DNA from: Hormiphora californensis
Lineage: Eukaryota; Animalia; Ctenophora
NCBI GenBank assembly: GCA_020137815.1
Contig: CM035351.1
Location: 9,114,001-9,178,000 of the forward strand
Direction: 5' to 3'
Length of the DNA: 64,000 bases
Shown here: positions 40,628 to 55,945 of the stretch, in pieces
Layout of the letters: each line of letters starts with the position of its first letter
Position numbering within the stretch: the stretch's first letter is position 1
Made by a program: the position numbers and the translations under genes
The notes under the pieces: model-generated
Database searches by the model: none
Seen by the model: only the letters and a program-made list of their open reading frames with translations
Told to the model about the DNA's origin: nothing

Positions 40628-43600
40628 ATGAGTCTCCCAGCCCCTTCTAACCGATCCTTCCACCCGACGGGGGGCTATCTTAAAAATGTACGTTTTACTG
40701 GTTTTAATAAAAGGATCTTTCTTAATCAATAAATGAATAAATATCGGCATTTTTTTCAGCGAGAAGTAATTTCTGTACACATTGGTCAAGCTGGAATCCA
40801 GATTGGAAATGCCTGCTGGGAGCTGTACTGCTTGGAGCACGGTATCCAGCCCGATGGTCAGTACTCTGCTGATGCCCATGGCGAGACACACACAAATGGA
40901 GATGATTCATTCACCACTTTCTTCAGGTGAGCAAAAACACAAGAATATACACTGTAGTTACATGTACAAAGTTATTAGAACTGGTTGATTTGGTGTGTCG
41001 GAGCAGTGACAGTGTGATGTTCTGTTTCAAAATGTCTATGAAGTGATTTAGGGCGCATCGTTTAGAATTTCATCTAAAAATATCATATCCGCGTTCATGA
41101 TGTAAAACATTGTACAAATCTAATGCTAAAAAGTAAAAATTGTTTCAGTGAAACTGGATCTGGCAAGTACGTTCCTCGAGGTGTCTTCGTGGATTTGGAG
41201 CCGACCGTTATCGATGAGATCCGAACCGGAACCTACCGACAACTCTTCCATCCTGAACAGATGATGAATGGCAAGGAGGATGCCGCAAACAACTACGCTC
41301 GAGGACACTACACCATCGGAAAGGAGATGGTTGATCGTACGATGGGCATGCTAAGGAAGTTAGCTGATCAGTGTGCTTGTCTTCAGGGATTCCTAGTTTT
41401 CCACTCTATTGGTGGTGGCACTGGTTCCGGATTCACCTCTCTACTGATGGAGAGAATGAGTGTAGAGTACGGCAAGAAATCTAAGCTACAGTTTATTGTC
41501 TATCCTGCCCCCAGGGTCAGCACTGCTGTCGTTGAGCCATACAACGCCATCCTTACCACCCATACCACCCTGGAGCACTCCGACTGTGCCTTCATGGTCG
41601 ACAACGAGGCCATCTACGACATCTGCCGAAGGAACTTGGATATTGAGCGACCTTCCTACACCAACCTGAACAGGCTGATTGGTCAAGTCGTCTCCTCCAT
41701 CACTGCTTCCCTCCGATTTGATGGTGCTCTGAACGTTGATCTCAATGAATTCCAGGCAAGTTTAAGGGTACGCTAACCAAAAATTTTTTTCGAGTGCAGG
41801 GAAATCTCTCACCGTAGGGTTGTAGGCCATGCCAAGGAGACCTCAAATATGCAATTTGAGCTCTCAAGTCGAATTCATATTTTTGCTACAGCTGTTTAAA
41901 AAATGTCCTGTAAATACGTTTTTGGCATCTCAAAAAATGTTTTTTAAAGATATGAGCATGAAAATTTGGGGATTTTAAGAGGACATGAAGGTGAATAACC
42001 GAAAAAAATTTTTTTGCAATCCGAGCTGATTTCCGGTCCTGAGATGGATTTCTTTTTTTCCACTTTAACGCCCTATTTGGCAAAGTTCCGAAAACATGTG
42101 AAAGCTGTAAATTGGTGAAAAGTTGCGTCTAACGATTGTCTAAGTGGCCATAAATTTTGGGCGTGTCCTTATTTGAGATAAGCTGTACAGAGTTTTTTTT
42201 GTGTAAGCCGTCATTTCAGAAATAAATAAATTCCCTGTATCTCAAAAACGGCTGATCGTAGAGACCTGAGACTATGCTTAAACGATTCAGAAGGTCCGAT
42301 TTTGGGGGGGTCTTCTGAGAGACATTTTGCTCCTACTTCAACCGTTTTTGCTGTAATTGCGAAAAACAAATTCTATGGAAAGGGCAAAAGCTAAAATCCA
42401 ATATCCTGTAATTAGGGAATTTTAGCTAAGAAAGGACCGAAACTATGGAAAAATGTGTAACAAGCTAATTCCTTCACTATTTGGTCCATATGGGTCCCTA
42501 TAATCACCAAAAACAAAATCACAAAAAAATCCACGATGGCGAAGATGGGTTTTGTTTTTCGCAATTACAGCAAAAACGGTTGAAGTAGGAGCAAAATGTC
42601 TCTCAGAAGACCCCCCCAAAATCGGACCTTCTGAATCGTTTAAGCATAGTCTCAGGTCTCTACGATCAGCCGTTTTTGAGATACAGGGAATTTATTTATT
42701 TCTGAAATGACAGCTTTCACAAAAAAAACTCTGTACAGCTTATCTCAAATAAGGACACGCCCAAAATTTATGGCCACTTAGACAATCGTTAGACGCAACT
42801 TTTCACCAATTTACAGCTTTCACATGTTTTTGGAACTTTGCCAAATAGGGCGTTAAAGTGGAAAAAAAGAAATCCATCTCAGGACCGGAAATCAGCTCGG
42901 ATTGCAAAAAAATTTTTTGTGGTTATTCACCTTCATGTCCTCTTCAAATCCCCAAATTTTCATGCTCCTATCTTTAAAAAAATTTTTTTGAGATGCCAAA
43001 AACGTATTTACAGGACATTTTTTAAACAGCTGTAGCAAAAATATGAATTCGACTTGAGAGCTCAAATTGCATATTTGAGGTCTCCTTGGCATGACCTACA
43101 ACCCTACGGTGAGAGATTTCCCTGCACTCGAAAAAAATTTTTGGTTAGCGTACCCTTAAGACTGTTTCCAGGCCATCTCAACTGTGGAAATTTATAATTT
43201 TATTCCCACTATGCATGTCTGAAATTATTGATACAAGATTTACTGTACATCTAACTCTAATTTTTCAGACTAACTTGGTGCCCTACCCTAGGATTCACTT
43301 CCCTCTGGTTACCTATGCCCCCATAATCTCCATCGAGAAAGCATTCCATGAGCAGCTGTCAGTTGCTGAAATTACCACGGCCTGCTTTGACCCAGGTAAC
43401 CATATGGTCAAGTGTGACTCACGAACAGGCAAATACATGGCCTGCTGTTTGCTCTACAGGGGTGATGTCGTCCCCAAGGATGTCAATGCTGCCATTTCCA
43501 CCATTAAAGCCAAGAGGAACATCCAGTTCGTCGACTGGTGTCCCACTGGTTTCAAGGTTGGCATCAATTACCAGCCACCCACCGTTGTTCCCGGTGGTGA

Positions 43601-43856
43601 CCTCGCCAAGGTCCAGAGGGCCGTGTGCATGTTGGCTAATACCACTGCCATCGCTGAGGCCTGGGCCCGACTTGACCACAAGTTCGATCTGATGTACGCC
43701 AAGCGGGCCTTTGTCCACTGGTATGTCGGTGAGGGTATGGAGGAGGGAGAGTTCTCCGAGGCCCGAGAGGATCTGGCCGCCCTTGAGAAGGATTATGAAG
43801 AGGTTGGTACTGACAGCGTCATGGACGAGGGAGAGGAAGATGATGAAGAGTACTAG
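40628..43856 (+). CDS. TUBA: Alpha-tubulin copy 2, divergent isotype
   Basis: Exons 40628-40687 ([20 protein letters not shown]), 40760-40926 ([33 protein letters not shown]..), 41149-41755, GC-AG intron, 43269-43856 (..EEDDEEY*). All phases fit, no stops. Confidence 0.95.
41766..43155. mobile_element. Non-autonomous Kolobok-like foldback element, ~605-bp TIRs, TTAA target duplication
   Basis: TTAA|GGGTACGCTAACC...GGTTAGCGTACCC|TTAA; arms ~41766-42370 and ~42551-43155 are near-perfect reverse complements. TTAA with RR..YY termini fits Kolobok rather than piggyBac (CC..GG). Confidence 0.9.
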
Positions 43857-45046
43857 ATAATTACCATGATAACAACATCGGTGCAGACCATAATTTGATT
43901 TCTGAGAGAAAATGAGCCTTTTCTTTAAAAAATAAATGATTCCCCATTTTTTGTTTTGTGAATGAATTGTTTGATATCCAATTTGTGGTAACCATTGTTC
44001 CTAACCACTAACGGGGGGGGGGGGGGTAACTTGCTCGATCCAGATCTGATCCCTGACTTGTGAGCCCAGGAACATTATATCAGTTGCCTTTTTCTTGTAC
44101 AAGGAGAGAATTGAAAAAATCTTATAACGGGAGTCGGTTAATCGCAATAACATTATTACAAGTCACACACACAATTGATATCATATACCAGAATATATTC
44201 AACACAATGATTGTGAGATCCAACAGTTGCTGTACCTAATTTAGAACCATTATATGATCTACTTGAAACGTTACAGAAGCAGTCCAACAATTGTCCAATA
44301 ATTAGCAAAATATTTGCTGAAGCAGTAGTCTCACAAAATAGAAACCCGTTTCCAGAATAAAAACACACGTCACTCACTCTCTGATTATATCTCTCTCTCT
44401 CGTGTTATTGCAGGTGTAAAAGAACGTTTATCTGATCCCGGGAGTGTCTGTTGTTTAGTATAATAATTCACAGGGATTACAAAAAGTGTCCGCCGTCAGG
44501 TGCTATCGCTTCAGGTACAGGTACAGGTTCAGTGTTGTAACAGCAACCACACTCACTGCAATCGCTGCTACTGTTCTGTTATCAGTAAGAAAGTTCGTAA
44601 CTCGCCTGCTGTTCACTCGTTCTCTCACAAACCTCTCTACCTCGTTGATAAACTCGGACTGAAAAGGGAGGAGTTAGAAGATTAGATAAACAGGAGGGAG
44701 CAGCTGAGATATATATAATGTAGAAACCACCTCTCGTCTATCAACTTGTATTGATTGGCTAACAATTAAAAACATATTATATCCACTGCAATGTGTACTG
44801 ACATGTTTACAGCAGACTTTTAGAATTGTGTGATTGAATATTTGTCATTATATATGCATTTGGTGTTTGAGATTGGTTATTGCTTTTTGGTGTCATTTAT
44901 CCGGCTTTTACATAAAATCCCCAAAATGACAATCATGCTCCTAATTCTAAACCATGGTATGACCTTTTACAAAACGTGCTTTAAAACATGAAACAATAAC
45001 TGCCATGACGATTCACTCACAAAATAGTCTACGGAGCAAGGCTGGT

Positions 45047-47771
45047 TCACATATCAATATGGGTCAAAGCATCGGGCAACTTGGCCTTGGCATCAGTAAG
45101 TGCCAAGTTAACAAATTCACCCTGAAATATACAGTACATTCCAAATGTATACAATATCCCGTCATGCAGAAAGCAGCCCCTAATCATTGATCGCCTAGAT
45201 ATAGGCAGAGAATAAATTTATGGTGATCAGTTCAGTGGCCGTGTATTTTGAAAACATTTGTATGAACCTTCCAACAAATCACTATGTTTTTATTTAGCAA
45301 TTAGCATGCAAGAACATCCAACTTTACAATATGCCTATGGTAATGACAAAACAAGAAGACTGGTACATGATTCACTGACAATATTTCTAACAAAAGCATG
45401 ATTACAAAATGTGCGGGTGTATTCTTATAACTTACCCAACCACCAAGACTCCGAACCCAGACAACCACGTATTTCTTGATGTAGTCAACTATCTTGGCGA
45501 TGATCTGCCGGCAGATCTCCTCCGCGTTCTCTACTCCATCATTGAATATCCTGTGAACGTACCTGCGGGGGGGGGGGGGGTCATGTTCAGTTATAGATTA
45601 GATATGGGAGAGGGATATGGCCGACAGAACGATATTGTAGTAGTTGTTGCTACATAATGCATGCATCAGTATATCCAAAGACCAAAATGCATGCGGTGAT
45701 CACTTTACTACATTTCACTAGCTCACACACACACACACACACACACTTGTAAACATCCTCCTCTCACATCTCCAGTATGACGCAACACAGCTAGGGCTCT
45801 TAATTAGATAATAAGCAGTGGGGGTCGCAATATATCGCATCTCTCTCACACGCATTGCGCTCCACAGCTGTGTGAGTGTGTGCTCTTTCTGTATGGGAGG
45901 CTCTCGCGCCCTACGTTCATTCCTACATGAGGGCTGACTGGCATGCCTAAACTTGATACTGCCCATCTAACCTCATGTCCTTTCTTTCTACCCTCCCTCT
46001 CATTTTCTCCCTCTCTCTCTCTGTTTACAATCACTGCCTCTCTATTTTCTCTTCTATTAAGATTGCCAAACATATAGTACTCCGGTTTTAGTAAACTCGA
46101 TAAGAACCAATCTTCTGTATTTTAACTACATGCATAATAAACACTTGGAAACTAAAAACCAATCGAGTTCTGTATAGACTCGAGGAAAAAGGATAAATAA
46201 ACAAACACCCTAAACAAACAAACCGAACCCTAAACTTACAAGTATCCGAATTGGAAGAGCGATATGACGTGTCCTGCAGTTATCCCATGGTGAAACACTC
46301 CTCTGATGATTGTCTCCAAATTTAGCAATCTGTTCTCGGGCCGTTGTTCCAAACTGTTGATATGTTCTGAGGAGTCTGACGTTACATCAGTGTCATGGGA
46401 AGGAGAGAGGGGATACAGGGAGAGAGAGAGAGAGAGAGAGGGAGAGAGGAGAGGAAAGAAGAAGAGAGATAGAAAAGGAGAGATCGAGAGGGTGAGAGTA
46501 ACTCTCTCAGGGTTTTCGCTCGCCTTTTACTCTCGTCTCGAGCTTCGCTCTACTCTATAATCGATCTCTCGCTATCTCTAAATGCTCTTTTCCTTTTCCC
46601 TCCTTCTCGGCGTCCTCTTCCCTTCCCCTGATCAACTGATCTCTTTCTTTTCCTATTTTTCCCGGGTGCAGAACTTAGCAGATTACCCAAAGCAGAATTT
46701 ACGAGCATCATGTTTCTCTCGTGTAGCCTATCCGACATATTAATCACAAATATAGCAATCAAAACAATCCAAATAGTTACAGAGATTCAGAGATTGTGTG
46801 TAACAAGTGCAAAGGTAAGGGGTGAGAAGCACACCAAAGAGAGAGAGATAAGAGAGACTATAGAGAGAGAGAGTAGAATACTCTCTCATCTCGTCTCTCT
46901 CTCTCTCGTTCCTGTCTATCGTCTCCCTCTTCTCTCTCTCTCTCTCTCGGCTCTTCTCGTCTAACCCCCTCCCGTTCCTCTACTTCCTCTCTCCCCACGC
47001 TCTCCTCTCTTCCAGAGAGAGAGTAGTATATCTCTCTTTACACTGTGAGTTTGTAAGGAGAGAACAGTGGCCAGCCCTAATATGACATCATAACCCAAAG
47101 CATCAAAATATATTCCCTCAATAATATAGAGTGTACACTAGTTCACATCATCACTAAGTTTGGAATCTCTCAGATTTAATAACACCAATAACAAAATACA
47201 TTCGTTTAGCTACTAACCATTGATTTCCAGGTAAAAGTCACTATCCAACTGATTAGCCATCTCTGCTAGTGTCCTACCCTCAGTCTCGTAGGATGGTGAA
47301 TTGGCAAGGGCCTGGAAATAAGGAGAGGGTAGGTCATATATATTGGTCCAGAACAACAACAGCAATATGACGTAATGCATTGGCATATGACGTCATTGTT
47401 CAGACTGTCTCGTGTGGCCTCGAAACACAGAGAGTGACGACATTGTATTCAAGTTACACCAGCTGCCTAACATTATTCACCTGTCCCTCTCCTCTGAATA
47501 TCTGCTGGACAATGGAATCTCGTCGCTGTCTACTAACTCTACTTCTCGTCCTGCAATGGAAGACACATGTGACATGTATGACACACATGTGTGAAATCAT
47601 CAAAATACAAAACATATATCACTTTCTACATGACAAACAAAACATATATCACTTTCTACATGACAAACAACACACTTACTCTTGTTCTTGCATGAATGAC
47701 TGAAGTATAGAAGCTGCCCCTAACTCCGTCTCATCAGGGGAGGTAACTATCGAAACTGTGTCAGGATTCAT
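45047..47771 (-). CDS. Bcl-2-family multi-BH-domain protein (194 aa), divergent, no TM anchor
   Basis: Six GT-AG exons with consistent phases: 47771-47680, 47550-47481, 47311-47218, 46366-46240, 45562-45436, 45121-45047. BH4-like GAASILQSFMQEQ, BH3-like GRTLAEMANQLD, BH1-like GVFHHGITAGHVISLFQFG, BH2 VVVWVRSLGGW|GEFV. A phase-0 intron follows GGW, as in BCL2/BAX genes. Confidence 0.88.
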
Positions 47772-48179
47772 GCTAAACAATCGGGAGGTTAGTTAAATTT
47801 AGGATGGCAAGACTTGGGCAAGAGAGAAACACAAACGATCATTAATAATCGAAATAAATTAAATAAGTTTAGTTAAAAATATAATTAAAAACAAGGTATC
47901 GCAGCTCGTGTGACATAAAGCTTAAACTGTGAAAACATAATGGAAATAAGTCCCCTTACGAAATAAAATATGTCCGAACATTAACTAGAAGTTACTATCT
48001 ATCGAACTAAACCAGGCACGGCAGTGTCAATCAAATACACCGAGATATTTCCCCGAAAATCGAAGTTTGGTTTAGAAATCAACAGTTTTAAAAACGTGTT
48101 TTCATAACAATTCAGATGGCATATCGCCAATATCCTTCCTTCTCAGAAAGTATCAGGACTATGGTAACTGTAACCGTTA

Positions 48180-48925
48180 TTAATCCAATTCCTCCTCGAG
48201 CCCCATTTTCCTCATGATAACAAACTCCAGGGAGGGAAGATGATCAGGTGACATATCGTATCTGCTGACAAACAACTGACAAGCCCGTGCTATCGATTCT
48301 GACTGAAAACATGGAGTGAGGGTAAGCATAATAATGGACTTGATGATAAGACAATAGATACGAAATGCTTGGAATTAAAACTGAAAATCTCGCACTCACC
48401 TCCCTAACTTTGAGTGTAGCAAACTTGTTAGGTCGAAACTCCACTTCCATCCGGAAGACAGTACGTCCAACATACCGGGGAGGCGTAATCACTACCTGTA
48501 AATGGGGTAATTAGTAGACTAATCACTTTGAATAGGAGCTGTTATATGTATATCATACTTGACGCTGTGATGGAGGAATATAGAGAGACATAGTGGGGAC
48601 GGCTTCTCGCTTCTGACGGCGAGCGTTTTTCTTTCTCTCGATCTCTTCTTCGACTCTTTTCTGGGCATTTAGCCGAGCCTCCTCCTGAAATTAACAGCTT
48701 CAATGAGCTTAGAGATTTTAAGGTTGCTTAGACAACAAAAGCGAAAACATTAGAAATCTCACACACTGCAGACTGCTTACGTATAAGAATAGGAGATGTA
48801 TTGGGTTCTTAAATTGTGCTTACCTTTTGAGCATTCTGTTCAACATCGAACACTTTTCGAGTAAACTGGTTATTTATGATATCTTGAAGAAATCCATGGC
48901 TCTTATCGAGCTGTGCCCTGGCCAT
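48180..48925 (-). CDS. C2orf68: UPF0561 / C2orf68 homologue (148 aa)
   Basis: Four phase-0 exons 48925-48824, 48684-48559, 48495-48400, 48302-48180. N-terminal LDKSHGFLQDIINNQFTRKVFD resembles the C2orf68 motif LDMNHGFVHHIRRNQIARDDYD (recalled, not searched); LYIPP motif follows. Confidence 0.8.
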
Positions 48926-50185
48926 TTCTAGAAAACAAAATAAATTATCACCATACCGGGCCTTCAATCGAAAATTCGTATAATCATTAATCTTAACAGT
49001 TCAATTGAATATCGCCTTGCTCGACCGCGCCCTTCACAAAATACAAATGTAGAGGAGGGTTAGAACATAACGAATTGGATGCTATCAGCTACTCCAGGCT
49101 CCCAGGAGGCCGAGCCCGGGGCCCCACTAGTAATTATGAAGTAAATGACTTTATCAACCAGGGTCGCGGACTGATTGTGGAATAAAATCACCTCACGCTT
49201 GGCAAACATCGACCAGGCGAGCAATTTCGAGGGAAAGAAAGCCAAAAAAGGTGCAGTGAGGGAAAAAGAAAAAGCAAAGAAGAAAATATTTTTATTTTTG
49301 GTTTTTTGAAACTAGAAATTCAACCGCGCGCAGTAGAAAAAGAATTATGCAGCGAACTTAGTTTTGATTTAGCGCAGTACGTTTTATGCGGCGCTTGAAA
49401 AACGGCCAGATGCTGCACAATGCGGAGTCATTTTTTCTCTGGCAGAACTCTAGCAGAACTTTTTTGAAATTTCTAGAAAAGTTCTGCAAAACGTTGATTT
49501 TTGAAGAAGTAAATTTGACTAATCTGTACAGCTAGATAACAGATAAGAGCACGCGACGGGTTAGGGCTATCCGTTAGGGTCTGGTTAGGGTTTGGTTTGG
49601 GGTTATCGGTTAGGGCTATCGATTCTCTAACTGATACCGTTTAGTTTACTCAAATCGGCCATGTGGTTCCATGGCTATAGCCGTTTGAAAAAAGTCGGTC
49701 TAAGTATACTCTTTTGGTAGCGCACACCTGTAAACAGGCTGCAAGGCACCCAGATTATAATCGCGCCCGATCATATCTGGGTTAATAAATAGCAACCCGT
49801 TGAAAAGTTCAAAGACCGGCCGCCTGCCGCAAAGTGACTCACAGAGCACAGGTGACAACTGACAAACAGGACACTCACCATAGCATGAGAGAACAGCTAC
49901 CCACAGTAGTAGTACTCGCCAGTATTCCACATGAAGATCATGCGTTACTGCCATCTCATGCTGTGGTGAGCTTTTTGTGAGCCCCCTCTCCTGTGAGTCT
50001 TCTGGCGGCCCTTTCTTAGGTTCCTTAGAGACTTTTGTCGCGGTGGAGAGATGTTCATACAACACTAGCCATTAGGTTCTTTAGTTGTCTCCTCCATTTG
50101 TAACGCACAAAAGCGGTATATCAAATGTATATATTATTATTGTTATATTAGTGGAGAAGGAACTAAACATAAATTTACTCTCAGG

Positions 50186-51109
50186 ATGATCACAAGCAAG
50201 GCCATCTCCAACGGGTTAAGATGCATGAGCACTGTGGGGTTCATTGGGCTGGGCAACATGGGTCGACACATGGCTGCTAACCTAGTCAGCAACGGTAAAG
50301 ATGTGGTCGTGTATGATGTCAGTAGTGATGCTGTCAATCAACTGGAGGGTAAAGGTGCTAAAGGGGCAGCTAGTCCAGGGGAGGTTGCAGCTCAGAGTAA
50401 TGTTTTGGTTACCATGGTTCCTTCCTCCCCTCAAGTCAAGGAGGTTTATGAAGGGGGTGTTCTGGCCAACATGAAACCAGGTACTCTTTGTATTGACTCC
50501 AGTACCATTGACCCTAGTGTCTCCAAGTCCATTGCATCGCAGGTGGAGAAAGCGGGAGGTCTGTTTTATGACGCTCCTGTGTCGGGAGGGGTTGTTGCCG
50601 CAGAAAATGGAGCCCTAACATTTATGGTGGGTGGGGCAGAAGACAAGTTCTCGGAGGTCAAGAGTTATCTGGATATGATGGGGGCTAATGTCATCTACTG
50701 TGGGGATAATGGTAACGGTCTGGTGGTTAAATTGTGTAACAACATGATGTTGGGAGCTAGTATGGTGGCTGCGGCTGAAACTCTGAACCTGGGTATCAGG
50801 ATGGGTATGGATTCTCAGCTTCTCTCCGATATTCTTAGTAAAAGCACAGCCCGGTGCTGGAGTATTGACACTTATAATCCTGTTCCCGGTGTACTGCCCG
50901 GGGTCCCCTCTTCCAGGGATTATGAGGGAGGCTTTGGTGCCGCTCTCATGCTCAAAGACCTGGGGCTCGCTCAGGGTATGGCGGATGCATCAAGCACTAC
51001 CACCCAAATGGGATCTCTTGCTAAGAAGATTTATGAAGAGTTGTGTGAAAACACCGAACTTGCCGGCAAAGACTTTGGTGTAATTTTTAAAGATTTGAGT
51101 TCCAAATAA
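50186..51109 (+). CDS. HIBADH: 3-hydroxyisobutyrate dehydrogenase, mitochondrial (intronless CDS)
   Basis: Rossmann VGFIGLGNMG, DAPVSGG, catalytic KLCNNM, GGFGAALMLKDL; short basic N-terminal presequence. Confidence 0.96.
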   Translation: MITSKAISNGLRCMSTVGFIGLGNMGRHMAANLVSNGKDVVVYDVSSDAVNQLEGKGAKGAASPGEVAAQSNVLVTMVPSSPQVKEVYEGGVLANMKPGTLCIDSSTIDPSVSKSIASQVEKAGGLFYDAPVSGGVVAAENGALTFMVGGAEDKFSEVKSYLDMMGANVIYCGDNGNGLVVKLCNNMMLGASMVAAAETLNLGIRMGMDSQLLSDILSKSTARCWSIDTYNPVPGVLPGVPSSRDYEGGFGAALMLKDLGLAQGMADASSTTTQMGSLAKKIYEELCENTELAGKDFGVIFKDLSSK

Positions 51110-51293
51110 AGAGTTTGGCTATGTAATTTATCACTTTGAGTTATTTGTATATTAGTCATTCAAATGCCCTGATTTTCTATCACAAGACACGCCACACACA
51201 GCACAATTGTATCACGCCAGGCATCGGATCATATAAACGATGTTTTGACCTAACGGCTAACGATACCCTACCGCCATGTTTTAACTTTCTCTA

Positions 51294-51381
<88 letters not shown>

Positions 51382-52116
51382 TTTCGGACTCTTTCTCTTT
51401 CTCTCTCCTTTTTGGACCCTCTTTCCCTTAGACAAAATAAACATTTAACAGCCCTTTCCAGATTTGCTACCTCTTTCTTTGAACTATTCTTCAAAACTCA
51501 GCACTGTATTTTGTTAATTTCTTGGAACTATTTATTTGTAATGGGAAATCAAAACACGCAGCTCCACTATGACAGATGTGGTTTTCCAATCACACGTAAT
51601 GTTATTCTTTCGGTCCGTATAAAACAGTTCTGATTAGATCCGATCTGATCAGTCTGCTTGGCCTTCTATTTTGTCACACTAGATTCCCCTCTTACTTGTT
51701 ACAGAGAAAGGGTCAGGGGTAGCAAAAGGGACCGGGACAGGGGTAGAAGGATCATGTTTGTGTTTGGTATGTCACGTGTGTAGAGACAGGGCAGGGCCAC
51801 CTCTCTCTCTCACGGGACACCGGACAAGTAGAGCTACTTTTCATACTGCTAGAGAGAGAGTGTTGTTTCTTCTTGTAGTTGCATATAGAAATGTTCATCA
51901 CGCCACCCCCTCATTTTGTTGTGATTTCACTATGTTTCCTACATTGACTGGTCATGTTCTGCATCACCCGACACCGGCCGAGTGTTATTATTTCTCCAGT
52001 CATTCCTTTCCTAACCCTCCATGCATTCTCCGACACACAAATTTTCATGAGTTGTCTTACTAATAATCGTGTTCTTTCATTTAGCAAGGAACTCAAGTAC
52101 TCAGCCAACACCAAAA

Positions 52117-55705
<3,589 letters not shown>

Positions 55706-55945
55706 TAACCATGGTAACTGGTGGTAACCATGGTTACCATGGCATGGGGACTACTGTTAGTTGGAAAGCTACCGTGGGATTACACTTGATTGAATGAGTG
55801 AAGTTATACATTATTGGAAGCTCTCTGGGTCCTAGCTATCTGATTAGATTATTCCTGGAAAGAAGGGGGTGTTTCCATTATATGATTATTGGAAAGCCAA
55901 CTCATTTAGTATTCTTTACACCCTTTATATTAGCCATTCCAGCGA

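Noticed and set aside
41886-43092. Twin 65-aa ORFs on opposite strands
   Set aside because: Mirror products of the foldback TIRs; no transposase motifs.
45718-45966. ORF considered as the BH2 exon of the Bcl-2-like gene
   Set aside because: The required phase hits a stop; the true BH2 exon is 45562-45436.
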